DNA of 64,000 bases from Amphiscolops sp. MND2022 (GCA_964187785.1 OZ076409.1:13580001-13644000); one strand, 5' to 3'. Shown: positions 43,578 to 57,135, counted from the first letter of the stretch. Numbers and translations: made by a program. Notes: generated by a model not told the origin, from the sequence alone.

Positions 43578-45774
43578 TTTTTAGTCGGCGCCTTTTCCCT
43601 TAAGGAAAAAAGCCCGACTCTTACAGTGAGTAGTTTTTTTAGTCGGCGCCTTTTCCCTTAAGGAAAAAAGCCCGACTCTTACAGTGAGTAGTTTTTTTTT
43701 TTTTTTTTTGTTTTTTTCAGTTGACAATCTCACTCTGAGTGGTCCACTTTTCTTACAATTCTGCAATTCTGCGCAGAAGGCAAACTTTACTCCAACCCTT
43801 TCAGTTTTTACTTTTTCAAGGAAACATACACAACCGGACGTGCCCAAAGGGTCCCCCCTTTGGATTTTTTTCGGCATTTTGCGACTTAAAAAATACTTTT
43901 TTTCGAAAAAAAATTTCAAAAATAATTTTTTTGAAAAATTTTTTTTCCAAATTTTTACAATAGTTGTTCCTTGAATATTTTTGAGCCTAAGATATGGCGC
44001 CGACTTGGGACGTTCCCGTCTTGTTTTTTTTTCAGTTGACAATCTCACTCTGAGTGGTCCACTTTTCTTACAATTTTTGTTCATCTTTCATATTTGTTCA
44101 TCTTCCATCTTCGACCCAGCCGGAGAGCGTGGGTTCGATTCTCGCACTAAACCATAAATTTTTTAATGCTTCCAAAAGTACATGTGAGACCAAAGGGTCC
44201 CCCCTTTGGGTTTTTTTTCGGCACTATGCGACTTTTTTCGAAAATTTTCGAAATTTATCAAAGGGTACCCCCTTGAATTTTTTTGAAGTTTTCAGTTTGT
44301 AGAAAACGTTGAATGAGCCTGAATGGCCTCTTTTTGAGTTTTTCGGCATTGTGCGACCTAAAAAATAATTTTTTTCGAAAAAAAATCAAAAAATTTTTTT
44401 TTGAAAAAATTTTTTTTTCCAAATTTTTCCAATAGTTGTTCCTTGAATATTTTTGAGCCTAAGATATGGCGCCGACTTGGGACGTTCCCGTCTTGTTGAC
44501 TTTTCATTTGACGTCATAGAAATTGTCTGAATAAATTGACTTGCATTTTGATGACATTCCAACTGCGTGCGTCATAGTGACAATTTTGTAGATTATCTCG
44601 AAGATGCCTTTAGCCTAATCTCAATCCATGTTCACACCTTGTTAAAGATAAACAAGATTTTTTAACGTCAGACCGAAGAACATCAGCAATGCTTGAAAAT
44701 TTCACTCTCGTTTCACTTTAAAAAAGTACTGATTAAAAAATCAAAACGGAGACTCAGTAATAATATAATGGATTATCAATCCGCGCTACTTGGCAGATGA
44801 CTTTTCATCGCGGCTTATTATGGATGACAGTACTGTTCTAGGGGCCTATTTTTAGTCAGTCGGCGCTTTTCTTGAGAAAAGAGTCGACTATAGTCATGGC
44901 TTTTCGTTAGTAGTGTTTTTAGTCGGCGTTTTCGAAGAAAATCCCGACTCTTACAGTGGCTAGTTTTTTTTCGTCAGTTCAACGCGAAACGTCCACTTGT
45001 TGTGCATTAATGCACATTTACCAACTTTTACCGTATGTACTTAGTACTTCATTTTCAACGCATCCAAAGACTCTAACATGAGATAAAAAGCCATTCCAAA
45101 GCAGAAGGGTCCATTTTTTTCGACACTGAGACTTTCCTCCTTTTTTTCGGCACTGTGAGACTGATTTTTTCCGATTTTTTTTTATTGTTCCGCCCATCAG
45201 TTTTTAATATTTTGCAACAGAATGGATGTTCAAAAAATCCAAAAGCGTCTCCCCTTTTACATTTTTCGGCACTATGCGACTTACCGGAAACTTCAAAAAA
45301 ATTCGAAACAAAGTCGGAATTTTTTTCTCAATTTTTAGTTTTTTGAGAGCTTTTGTTGTCTCCAGTTGTAGAAAAAGTGGTTTTCGCTTTCGAGTCTTTT
45401 TGAGCCTTAGATATGGCGCCGACTTGGGCCGTTCCCGGCTTGTTTTTTTTGTTTTTTTCAGTTGACAATCTCACTCTGAGTGGTCCACTTTTCTTACAAT
45501 TCTGCAATTCTGCGCAGAAGGCAAACTTTACTCCAAAGGGTCCCCCTTTCAGTTTTTACTTTTTCAAGGAAACATACACAACCGGACGTGCCCAAAGGGT
45601 CCCCCCTTTGGATTTTTTTCGGCATTTTGCGACTTAAAAAATACTTTTTTTTCGAAAAAAATTTCAAAAATAATTTTTTTGAAAATTTTTTTTCCAAATT
45701 TTTACAATAGTTGTTCCTTGAATATTTTTGAGCCTAAGATATGGCGCCGACTTGGGACGTTCCCGTCTTGTTTT
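43578..45774 (+). mobile_element. Composite insertion of Helentron-type non-autonomous repeats (HINE/DINE-1-like)
   Basis: 5' T-run + AGTCGGCGCC subTIR with inverted partner GCCCGACT; four 3' ends GGCGCCGACTT-GGGACGTTCCC/GGGCCGTTCCC-G(T/G)CTTGTT at ~44023, 44495, 45442, 45770; inserted in a T-run with no TSD, removal rejoins the RT motif GYYRFKK-FYGLAD. Confidence 0.8.
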
Positions 45775-47266
45775 GAATCTGTAATAGCCGCTGAATTTTC
45801 AAACGGTTAACGCGAATACGCATTGTCGGCCAAGGTTTTTAGATAGTTTCATTTAGCCATATGCGTAATCTAAATCGATTTTTGCAATGAATAGTTGCAT
45901 TGTTCGGTCGCAACTTATTTCTACCGAAATCTGATTCAGTAATTCCTCCACGATCAGCATGTGCGGTCTTATTTTAACGCAACTATCATTCAACTTTCGG
46001 GCTTCCAATGCTATTTTCACCAATTTGTCACTTTTCACTGTGAAAACTACCTGAGATACGGAGCATGCTCCATCAACATCCTTTATCATCTATAGGTGTC
46101 CGGATTTTATTAGTTTCTCTAATTCTCCTCCTACGTCTTCTTGTAGTTGTAGGGGTTTTTATTCACGTCTTGATATCTGTTCGTTATTTTCTGTATTTCG
46201 ATGGATTTCAGTATTCTCTCGTCCGGAGGCATTATTGTTTTTGGTGATCCGATGTCTATGATAAACTCTTTCTTCTCTCCGTTTATTTTGATTGTTGCCG
46301 TGTAGTGTTTGTTCTCATCTTCAATTGTTCTCACTTCTTTGATGTGGTGTATACTCTCTTCTGATTCGCTGGCTGATTTATTCGGTTGTTGAGTTTAGTG
46401 TTGGGTTAGTCTTTTCAGTTTTCGGTTGTTGTATGTTCTTTGTCTGCATGCTTTCGCGAAGTGGCCTTTCTTTCCGCATTTATTGCAGTTTGCTTCTATT
46501 GCGGGACATTCATGTATCGGTGACCAATTTGGTGCGTTGCAGAATCTACATGGTCGGTTTCTGAATGTTCTATTTTTCAGTTTTGTTCCGAATCTTCCCA
46601 TTCTTTGTATTGGTTCTTCCTTTATCATTCTTTCTTGGTTTTTCTTTCGATGCGATTAATGCTTCCGGGATCGTATTCTTCTTATTTTTCTTTTTGTATG
46701 TGTTCGGTTTAATTAGTTCGAATATTTTCTTCAGTTCCAGTGATTTCTCTTTCATTGTTTTGTCCCGTAGTTTTTTGTCGGTCATTGCCGTCATATATTT
46801 AGAGATTAGTAACTCTTCGGCTGAAATGGTGTTAAAGTTACATTCTTTGTCGATTTCGATCAGTCGTCTCCAAAATTCTTCTGGCGTTTCTTCTTCTGAT
46901 TGTTTCGCCCAGAAGAAGTCTCCTATGTTGTGGTAAGTGTTTCGTTTCGGTAAATAATATTCGGTATATATCCGGATTAGGTCTTTGATTTTTATAGTGT
47001 CCGGATCCGTCTTGTTTTCTGCTAGGGTTATTTGGAAAAGTGCTTCCGGCCCCACTCCCCAGTTGAAATCTTCTTGTATTGCTTGTTCTTTTCCGGCCCA
47101 ATTGGAATCGGTAATGTCTTCTCCCTTAAGTATGGGTGTGATGTCGAATTTTTGTTCCCGCTTTTGTGAATTGTTTGAATCTTTCTAGCTATTGTCTCGG
47201 TGTAAAATGCGGGTTTCCTTCTGTGGCTTTAGTTTCGACGTTCGGTACTATGTTCTTTTCTGCCAT
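45775..47266 (-). pseudogene. Element C gag-protease-RT N-terminal remnant
   Basis: CRFC...HECPA...CNKCGKKGHFAKAC (Mag/SURL-type Gag knuckles), FIIDIGS protease, KIDLDYAYG RT; multiple frameshifts. Confidence 0.88.
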
Positions 47267-47309
47267 AGTTTCGGTTTGTTAAGAAGTTCTTAATTTGTTT
47301 CAAAAATTG

Positions 47310-47322
47310 GCTGACTGTGCCA
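47310..47322 (-). promoter_or_regulatory. PBS of element C (TGGCACAGTCAGC, tRNA-Ser-like)
   Basis: TGG directly adjacent to the 5' LTR; complement resembles tRNA-Ser 3' end GCTGACTGCGCCA with one transition. Confidence 0.6.
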
Positions 47323-47557
47323 TGTTCTATTCTAATAGACTCAGATAGTAAGAAAAGAAAGATAACTAAAAGAGATTCTCAGTTTATTCTATGTCCGTAC
47401 TTTAGATACGTATCTGTAATAATGATGTATCTAATTTAGTATTTGTATTGAAACTATTTGTCGACACTAGCAATTACTCTAGACATATAAATGAAAGTTT
47501 GTAGTTTGTGAACCGAATCTCGGCAAGGTCAGGAACCGGATTGAACCGAATATAACA
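47323..47557 (-). repeat. 5' LTR of element C
   Basis: Matches 39902-40136. Confidence 0.92.
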
Positions 47558-50310
47558 TCGAACACATTGGAGTTTTGTGAAGAGATTGGTTGACATTGTC
47601 GATATTTGAAAAAAGTTGTTTTCGGATGACTTTTTGCATTTTTTAAATAATTGACATCAAATTTCTGTTATCAGAAAACCGATTTTGGATCGTTTTTACT
47701 GTAGACGTTGATTTCTTCTGGATCATGTAACGCTACGAAACTTTTAAAAAATTAAAAGAAAACTACTTCAAGTTCTTCAATTGAAAAACTTTTTTCACTG
47801 TATTTTCTTACCCATAACATAAGCTTTGTCGTCATAAAAGCGTACCAGTTGACAGTTTGGTTTTATTCAGAAATTTTCAATGTTTGAATTTCCGAGAAAA
47901 CGTTTAAAATTGCTACAGAATTTTTGAAAAGTACTCGTAAAACAGACTTTCTAGCTTTCTCGAGGTACATTTGGGGCATTGTTTGAACAAATTCATCGCA
48001 GTTTTCTTCGCAAGAGTACGGGATAGCTATTTGGTCGTTTCTTAACTTTTTTTATGATCTTTCTAGTCGAGAACAAAAGAGAACTCTACAAATAAATTTT
48101 GCACAAAACTAAATTTTTTCAGTTGAATTCTAAGTGTGAACCCCTTCAATTTGTGCGGAACATTTTAACATGAATAGTTTTTTTAAAACGCGGCTGGTAC
48201 TAATTTACGGGCGGAAAATAACAATTTGATGGCTGAAAAAAATGGTATTGAAAGCCTTTTGGTCTCGGAATTTTTCTCCAATTGAAAATGTAAAACACCG
48301 CTGTTTCGGGAGCCAACTCTCTAAGGACTAGACCAACTGCCAACTTCATTGGCTACCATGTCCCTTTCCGTGTTTTCACGCCTGTTTTTATGTTTTTCCG
48401 ATAGTCGGGCAGTTTTAGTTGACGAAAGCGCCGACTAGAAACAAAATGCCCACGTTTATGTTTGTGATTGTTTGTGATGTGGTTACGGCTGAGATACTTT
48501 TTGTCACGCCTCCGGTGAAGCTTTTAGGTCTACAGAAAAAAGTTGGGGATAACATGCTGCTGATCCATGACCAAAAAAAGAGAAAGAGATAGTTTATTAT
48601 TTTCCGTTATTTGTTATATTTTGTGAAAAGGGTTCGTTGGATTTACATCTTTAGCGGAAATTATGTCACGCTTCATGAAAAAAGTGTGACAAAACCAAAG
48701 ACTCAAAAATTAAGGAGGCGTGGCTTATCGTGATTTTCATCGCTTGAAGGATGTGCGGCTGAACAAAGTTTCTCACGGTTTGAAATCTCCATTTCATGAA
48801 AAAATACTTAATTGATCAAATTGAAGAAAGAAATTTAATGATCGAAATAGTAAAAACATCATCACTTAAGTGTTTTCCGTAAGGCTTGCAAAAAAGCTGA
48901 ATAGTTTTGACATGAACTTTCAGTAAGAGGTGATAGCCAAGCTTTCAGGTGAAAGCATTCTTTTCAGGTACTGTAAGTGTTTTAGACACAAACGTGTGAG
49001 ATCTCTCATTTCACAAAAAACTAGCACCGGTCTTACTAAAAGCGTCGACTATAATATTGGACTTTCTTGGATCAAATCGATGTTGGTTGAAACTTAATCA
49101 GTAGTAGTTATGTCATTGAAAAAAGTTGTTTCATATTTTTCTTAAGAATTCAGAATTATTTTCCCACCCCAACTTTTGTTCAGAGGATTTTATTCAAATC
49201 AAACTTTTTTCTCTGTTCACAACGAAGATTTCATGGTTATTTCCAAATGTACAATAGGTTATCAAAAAAAGACTCATTTCGACGACATTTTTAAGAGCGG
49301 TTTTTCATTAGACAAGCATTTGACAAAAACACTCTAAAACGAAATAATCGCTTTTGCAGAAGTTTTTGAAAATTGAACGAAGATACAGAAAAGTTTATCC
49401 TTTAGTTGAGAATTTTGGCACTTTTCAAACAAAGCCCATTTATGTGGAAACCCAATGGTTGTAAGAAAAAAATTCTAAAGAAGTTTCGTAGTCTCGACAC
49501 TGTTTTTCATTTTTGACCTTGTTTTCCTACCGAAATTTTCTACTCCAAAACATGAACAGGCAAAAACATTTGTGATTAAATATTCATCTTATTTGACATT
49601 TTTAATTAATGAGTTATTTCTCAAAAAAGCGCGTTTTCAGAAAAATTACAGGGAACTTAACAAGGAAAACGCAAGGCTGAAAAACTAGAGAGAGACAACC
49701 TTGAAAACTACAATTTGAGTTGAGTTCCACTAAGCATTTCAGTTCTTAATCACATCACAGGAATTTTGGAATGAAGCAGTTATTGACAGTTTTCGTAACT
49801 TCCTCACAACATAACACTCATTCACTTTATATGTTTTTTAATCTTTTCAAAATCCTTCATCTTTTCTGCAAATCTATCTATGACTATAGTTGACTGGAGT
49901 TGTAATAAAAAAATGAAGAAAAGATGAAAGCTGGTTCGATTGATAAGCGATCGTTTGAAGATGAAAATGAAACATGACATATTTCAACTGAAAATAATTG
50001 ACATCACCTGCAGTGGTTGTTTGATATTTTCTGAGAGCCTAGAAATTTTGTGACGTATCACCAACTGAAGGTGACAGCCATATTTATGACGACAGCGTGC
50101 ATGATACCAAAACATGCAGCAAACGAAATTTCAAAAATGATTCCAAATTGATCGAAATTACACCCAATTTCTTGTCAAAAAAACTTCACGCAGTTTCCTA
50201 ATTCAAAAACTAGTTTTTTTTGTCAGTGATACTTTTCATCGTATGGAAAAATTCTCCGAAAAGTTCAGTCAGACATTCGAAAGCGAAAAATTATTTCACT
50301 GTCCTGAAAA

Positions 50311-50767
50311 ACAAGCCGGGACCGGCCCAAGTCGGCGCGCCATATCCAAGGCTCAAAAATAGCAAAAGGACTTCCAAGTGTCAATTTACAGTACTCGAAA
50401 ATCGAAAAACCAAAAAAAATGGATCGAGTGGCGCGCCGGGGCCCGATACCGCGAGCCCCTGGCGCGCTAAAAGGGGGGACACTTCCGAAATTGTCAACAT
50501 TTTTGTCGCAGTTGAAGGGGGGACCCTTTGGGGAAAAAATTTTCCGAAAAAAAGTCTCGCAGTGCCGAAAAAAATTGAAAGTATGGTATGTTACGCGGGA
50601 AAACAGGAAAAACCTTTTTGGTTCAGTTCGCTAGGGTAAATGGTGCAATTTGGTGCAATAATAATTTGTAGAACTTTTAAGAACTATTTTGGTCAGTTCG
50701 TGTGGATTGAAAAAACAGAGTCACTATAATAGTCGCGTTTCACTTCATGAGAAGCGCCGACTAAAAA
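50311..50767 (-). mobile_element. HINE/DINE-1-like non-autonomous element copy
   Basis: ACAAGCCGGGACCGGCCCAAGTCGGCGC ... GAAGCGCCGACTAAAAA termini. Confidence 0.8.
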
Positions 50768-53700
50768 CAAAAACAGAACGGTTACTTCGGACAAATTTTA
50801 TTTAAGGTATATTATCACAATTTATTCAGCCATCATTGGCGGAGTTTGTTTGAACAAAGGAAGCGAAGAAACTCTTCAGGCATTATTGAAGTGTTTTGGA
50901 AAGAAATAGATCAATTCATTTGCCATCAATTAGAAAAACTAAAAATCTCTTTTGTTTGCTGAAGTTTGGATCATAGGATATTTCGAAGATGAAATATTTA
51001 CATGGAAATGATCTGAGGAATTGTAATCGATTTAAATTTTGATGAGAAGCCATTGATAAATTGAATATAATTAATTCTGGTAGTAAGATGGTACGAAACT
51101 GAGTTGTTTCATCTAGTTGAAAAAGCGCTCTTAAATTTTTGAATACCTTCTCAACAATGAAACTCGGAACTTGCAGCTTTTTTTTACTTTATTAAAGAGA
51201 ACAAAGGGAACACCTGGTATCACTCAAATTTCCAGGCTTTCCTCTGGTTGCAAACTTCACTTCAAATATCTTCGTTAAGGTTCGATTTTTTGTTGCAGTT
51301 TTGCCATCATTAGTTTTTCTCGAGAAAAAAATGCGAGGTAAAGATTTACCAACTTACACACTTTCTTAAAAACATTTTAACGTTTTGTTGTGTGTAAAAT
51401 AAAACCATGTACACTTTCCTTTGCTCAAAAACTTATCTAAGTTCTTGAATGTTTTTCCTGCAAGTAACTTCTATCAAAACCACTCACAAAGTGCTCGCAA
51501 AGCAAGGCCACTCAAAACAGCAAATGTTTAATACTAGAAAAGATCGAAGACAACATCATTCATCAATTTTAGAGAAGTTTTGTTGAATCGAAATTGTTTC
51601 TCAAGGTCGACTAGTTCAATATCGAAAAGTTTGCAAAATTATCTATGATCTAATTGCAACGCAATTTTATCTCAATTTTTTCTACGATTGAAAGACGTTA
51701 CCACTTCATTAAAAGGACGCCAACATGTAGTGCCCTGAATGCATGTGCGAAGCGACGTGCCACTTTCTGACCAGCTGCAAATAAGTTCTATATTTATATC
51801 AAAGATCATTGTCGATCGTGAAATGGATCGAATCAGAGCATATTTGATTGCACGTTTTGATTGTTATTTTTCGTCCATATTCCATATGGGAAAGAAAAAT
51901 ATTTGAATCAGCCGCGTTCTCTTTTTTAAAAAATTTGCCATGCATGGCAAATTTTGTAGAAAAGACGCGTTGATTCAAATATTTTCCTTTCCCATATGGA
52001 ATATGGATGTACATATTCATGTACAAAACTTGATACATGTACAAAACTTACATCCAAGTTAGCGGGTTTCACCCATTGAATTCAATGACTTAAATTTAGT
52101 ACCATGTGACATTTATTTGTAGAGATTTTTGGACTTTTTTGGTTGAACTCGAAGACTCCAGAATGACCCAAAAAAGGCAAAAGTTCCAAAAAAAATAGAT
52201 TCCAAACGTTTTTGTGCAATTTTTGTCACGTTTTCGAAAAAAAAAATTTGCTGTCCAAGAGGCTTCTTTGTAGAAATAAATGCAATTTTTTAAATGAAAA
52301 AGCCTCAAATTGAGACCTAAATTGACAAAAAATCCGAAGAATTTCGATGTTTAAAGTCTTTTTGCAATTTTTGTCTAATTTGCGATGGCCTTAATGATGT
52401 AGAATGATAAAAACGTTCAACTAGGAATATTTCGTTGTCAAAAGGGTTTTTGTGAAAATTTAAACGTAGTTTTCTAGTGAAAAAATACCTTAATTTGCGA
52501 TGAAAAACGACCAGAAGGTCCAAAAGTTACAGATTTTTTGGGTCTTTATGCTTTTGACAAATTTTGAAGAGAATTCGTGTGTCAAACGTTTGGAAACGTT
52601 CAGCAACGAATAAATTCGTTGTCAAAAAGGGTTGTTCAAGGAGGAAAAAAACAGTTTTGCAGGAGTAATTGCCGCAAAGTGTCCCCAAAATTGTCAAAAT
52701 TTCTAAACGTTCAAAAATTTTTTGACCTTTCAACTCTATTTTCGTGAAAACTTTTGAGTTTCCACGGGTCGAAAATCTGAAACGGTTCAACAAGAACTGA
52801 ATCCGTTGTCCAGTAGGTTTCTTGAAGAGATAATTGCAGTTTTGTGATAAAAGTGTGAAATAATTTGACACCAAAGTAGTCCAAAGGTTCAAATTTCTCC
52901 AGTTTATAAACTTTCACAATATTTGATTGTGAATTTCAAGAGTTTTTGTTGGTTACAAAAATCGGAACTAGATATGTTGCATTCTTGTTCATGAGAAAGT
53001 AGCAGAGTTTTACATCAGTAAGACTTCAACAGCGGAAAATGAACAAAATTGAAAAATGAAACGCTTTTGTTCAAATTCTAATGATTTTTTCAAACGTTTC
53101 GAGAGTCAAAGTGTTGGAATGCTTCAACAGCGATTGCAGTTGATTTCCAAATGGCTTCAGTGGAGGTATTTGCTGATTTATGTTTGGAAAAAGTCTCAGT
53201 TTGACCCGAAAAAAGCCGAAAATATCGAATACATCCAACTTTTGACCATTTTAGTGATTGATTGTGAAACTTAGGCCGACCTAACGCTCCAGACTTTTGC
53301 TGAGCTATGCTGTACGCCTTTTGAAGGAAAGCATCATAGTTTTTTAGATAGAATATCATCTCAGAAAGACCCAAAGAAGTCGAAAATCGAAAACTTTTCG
53401 AAATTCGATTTCTGTTGGAAATTTTGTAAACTTTTGTTTGTTAGAAGAACGAATATTTCAAAAGGAACCAAACGCTGTATAGAGTAGGCTTTTTGAAAGT
53501 CAATTGCTGTTTCTTGTGGGAAGAAAGCCTCAAACGTACCCAAAATTGCCCAAAAACCCATATATTTTCATCCACTTTGCGTACAATTTTTTAAAGTGTT
53601 TGTGGCCATGAGGATTCAAAACACTCGAAAACGAGCATCCTGACTGTGGGGTGTTCTTTTCTGAAGCGAGTTGCAGAGTTTGCTTCCAAAACACTTCAAA

Positions 53701-54204
53701 ATGACGCCGATGTGTCGGAAATGCGTAATCAAGTAAATTTTTTCAAGATCAACTACACTTTCACGTTAGAAAAAACTTACACCAAAACAGTCAAATTAAA
53801 TCAAATTTTGGCGATTTTTGTACAATTTAGTGAATTTTATATAAAATATTCCAATTTTTCGTAATTGAGACATTTCAAAAAGCTCTAAATGTTCTGATGA
53901 AGCATGCAGAACGTTTGAAAAAAAGTCAACAGAGAAGTTCAAAAAAACTCTATGGAAAATTAGAAAAGTCCAATTTCTTTTTCAAATTTTTATTAACTTT
54001 TTTTGTAAACCTTTCGAGCAATTCTTTATCTCATTAACGATGGAACCCGGCGTCCAGTTAGAGTTTTTGAAATGACATCTGCAGTTTCTTAGAAAAGTGC
54101 TTCAAATAACCGCAAAGTTGTCGAAGAATCCAAACTTTCCAATATTTGACGTTTATGTACGAATTGTCGTACGAAGTTTCAAAAAAAATGTAGATTGGTA
54201 ATTT

Positions 54205-54415
54205 TGGCATGCTGACCACAAAACAAATAGGTGTTAGTTTTTTCCTGAAGTGTTCCCTTTTAAATAAAATGACAGTAACCAAAAAGTGTCAAAACTGTTT
54301 TTCATCGAACTTCTATGTGTTTTCATAGTGCATTAGCTACTTTTGAGCCCCAAAATTATGACGTTTCTAAAACTTTTTGGACGGAAATTATCCTGCTGGG
54401 CAGCGGGGGCGTATT
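54205..54415 (+). repeat. Old interspersed repeat, diverged copy 2
   Basis: Colinear similarity to ~18670-18862, ending in the same CCTGCTG-nn-CAGCGGG hairpin. Confidence 0.55.
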
Positions 54416-55277
54416 AGTGATAAATCAACACTAATAGGGCAACCTCTAGAATCGTATGACCAACTAGTGAATAAAGAGTTACGAACCCAATTGGACTCAA
54501 ATTATATTGTTTAACAACACAAACTGTCGATTTTTTTTTACTTTTTTGAGCAAAGTTAAGATATAATTCTAGTTTGAAAATTTGTTTGATAACTTCACGA
54601 AACATTGATTGAATTATCCAATGGTTATGATTGTTATAATTCTAACGTGTGGCCAAATTCTAAGTTTTGCATTAATTTGTTTGTATGTTGAAGTTTTTGT
54701 CCAGCTAATTTGAAAAAAAAATTTTTAAACGTCTTTTGCTTCGAGATATAGACAACTCGTCTCGATACAAGTCCGATTCAAATCTAACATGAGAAAAAAA
54801 GTATTTCAAAACAGAATGTTCAATTCATTGAAACAACTTACGGAATATAAATTTTATAGTTTTATTTGAAGTTTTTACGCTGATGGTTAGAGACCAAATG
54901 GGCTCGATCTCTGAAATTGAGTTGAACTTGCACTTAAAATTGAGAATTCTAGATTTCAGCTGAACTTCAAAATCGAACACAGTTGATAAGTCATTATGAA
55001 AGCTCAAAGGGGAAAACTACCGGTGGACCAGAAAAATCTTGGAACAAGCATAGTGAAAAGTCCTTCTTTTCTTAAACCACGGAGGTATCAGCTGAAAGAT
55101 TTTCCCATCCGGCAAAACCTGTGGCAGCAGGCATCGTAAAAACCTTGAACTCTGAACTCTTTTTATCCAGGATAACTATTTCGGAAAAAGGGTTACGATG
55201 AAAATATAGCATCGCCGTAGCAAAGACTTTTCCATGCTTGCCCAAGGCTTTCAACCGCAATGCTCGTCAGAATTTAA

Positions 55278-55748
55278 ACAAGCCGGGGCCGGCCCAAGTC
55301 GGCGCCATATCTAAGGCTCAAAAATAGCAAAAGGACTTCAAAATGTCAAAGTATTGGTGAATTAGTGACCCTATCTGAAAAAAAAATTGAAAAAAAGTCT
55401 CACAATGCCTAAAAAATGAAAGAGACCCTTTGGGATTTTTCGACATCCATTCTGTCGCAAATCTCCAAAATAAATGAAGGGGGACCCTTTGGGGATACAT
55501 TTGTTTCGGAAAAAAATGTCCCACAATGCCGAAAAAAACTCAAAGGTGGGACCATTTAGTCTCGCTCGGACTTGCATGTTACGCGGAAAAAAAGGAAAAA
55601 CTTTTTTGATTCTGTTCGCTCGGCCAAATGGTTCAATTTGACACCATAAAATTTTGTAGAACTTGTAGAACCATTTTGGTCACTTCAGGTGTATCGAAAA
55701 AAATTGAAAACACTGACGAAAAGCCTTGACTGTAGTCGGCTCTTTTCA
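55278..55748 (-). mobile_element. HINE/DINE-1-like copy, 5' end eroded
   Basis: ACAAGCCGGGGCCGGCCCAAGTCGGCGCCATATCTAAGGCTCAAAAA start and shared internal blocks. Confidence 0.75.
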
Positions 55749-56832
55749 AATGGGGGTAATACAAGAAAGTATTTCAGTTTCCAGTACTTGTCATCATCTT
55801 TTTTCGAAAGATCTAGTATTTTCCTTCAAATACGTGAAACGTTTCGGTAGTTTTTATTTGTACGAAGTGAGTTTCATTGTTTGAATGTAAATCTGATGAC
55901 TTTAACTTATATCAAAACTTGAAATGCAACAAAAAACGAAAAAAAACGACTCACTAGAACGGATGTTTTAACCCTTAATGCTTTTTGTCTCTTTTTAAAA
56001 TCCTTTGCTAAACTGTTTCAATCTTTATATTTATAAATATATTTTTGATATTTCTAGGCATCTAAATAAATCAATTCTCCTTTCCTTTCCTTTGAGCCTT
56101 TCCTTTTCCATGAGAGACTGCCCAACGCCAAGACAACATCAAGATATCGAGGTCAATACATTGACCTATTCAAGAACTTCCATTCTGGATTTCCGCGCAA
56201 TTCATCATAAGTTTTCTTACCAGACTAATTTTTTTATCGATTAGACTAGAAGTTGACAATAATACAAAAATTGCTCCAGCGAATAAAAATTTTTCTGGGC
56301 TGCAAATATTCGACACAATTATTCAATACCCACAGAACGATGCAGTTGCAGATGAAAGGATGAATCATTTGCAACATTATTATTGATATAAATATTTATT
56401 TTTAAATTTTTGGTTATTTTTTTCTGTTTTCTGATTCGACATAGTTATGGTCGTTCATGCTGACATTTAGTGCCATTTTGTTTCCGTAAATTACAGCGGA
56501 AACGAACAATAAGCAGATTTTTTTCCAGTTATTTGGCAGTCTTCATGAGAAATGGATAGCTTCAGCTGGCTACAATTGTATTTGGTGACATAGCAATCAA
56601 TCAAATTTGCATACTTTTATTTTAGTTCCGAGCAGTAATTTTCAATGAATAACTTATTTTCAACACCGGCGATGCTGTTGAATGTTGGCATTTGTTTTTA
56701 GTGAGCGTCTCGAACTCACGCCATGTCTGAATCAAAAGAAAACGAAGACGTCATAGTTGGTTTTTCCAAACCAAACGACATCGACAATGACAATGAAGAT
56801 AACACAGGTGAGAAAATTTGAAACACTTTTTA

Positions 56833-56861
56833 CCGCGCAGGTTCGAACCCTGCTCGCAGCA
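56833..56861 (+). pseudogene. tRNA-Ser-like 3' fragment (T-arm/B box only)
   Basis: CCGCGCAGGTTCGAACCCTGCTCGCAGCA forms a T-arm GCAGG-TTCGAAC-CCTGC; no 5' half upstream. Confidence 0.4.
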
Positions 56862-56997
56862 CCTTTTTGAATTTTTGTTTATTATGAAAACGATGATTCT
56901 TGAATATTTTTTTGTGATGTAGTATTCACGGCAACAGCAAGGATTCGAATAAATGTATCTTGGTACAATTCTTTTGATAGGTGTTACTAATGTGTTT

Positions 56998-57135
56998 ACA
57001 AACAAGTCTACCTTCATATGAACTTTTTATCACTCTCTGACAAAGTCTTAAATCTAACACAAACATCGATGTATGTGTTGGATTTAAGATTTCGTCAGAG
57101 AGTGATAAAGTTCATATGAAGGTAGACTTGTTTGT
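56998..57135. repeat. ~138-bp near-perfect palindrome (foldback/MITE-like)
   Basis: ACAAACAAGTCTACCTTCATATGAAC...ACATC|GATGT...GTTCATATGAAGGTAGACTTGTTTGT, centre 57067/57068. Confidence 0.9.

Larger units (their letters stand above)
39902..47557 (-). mobile_element. Decayed Mag-like Ty3/Gypsy LTR retrotransposon, element C
   Basis: 235-bp LTRs (TG...CA, about 15 differences by eye); 5-bp TSD TTGAA/TCGAA; PBS next to 5' LTR; purine tract next to 3' LTR; fragmented gag/pol. Confidence 0.92.

Noticed and set aside
43583..43700. CRISPR-like or satellite array
   Set aside because: Only two adjacent 58-bp copies of a transposon 5' end, no spacers; eukaryotic context
44112..44155. tRNA gene (GGGTTCGATTCTCGC...ACCA)
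   Set aside because: Only a B-box/T-arm-like fragment inside a repeat; no acceptor stem or D/anticodon arms
1..47557. piRNA-cluster-like strand bias (all three LTR elements on minus strand)
   Set aside because: Three elements in the same orientation happens by chance one time in four; needs small-RNA data
47560..56900. Short Phe/Lys-rich ORFs in the AT-rich region
   Set aside because: Compositional artefacts of A/T runs and decayed repeats; no protein motifs
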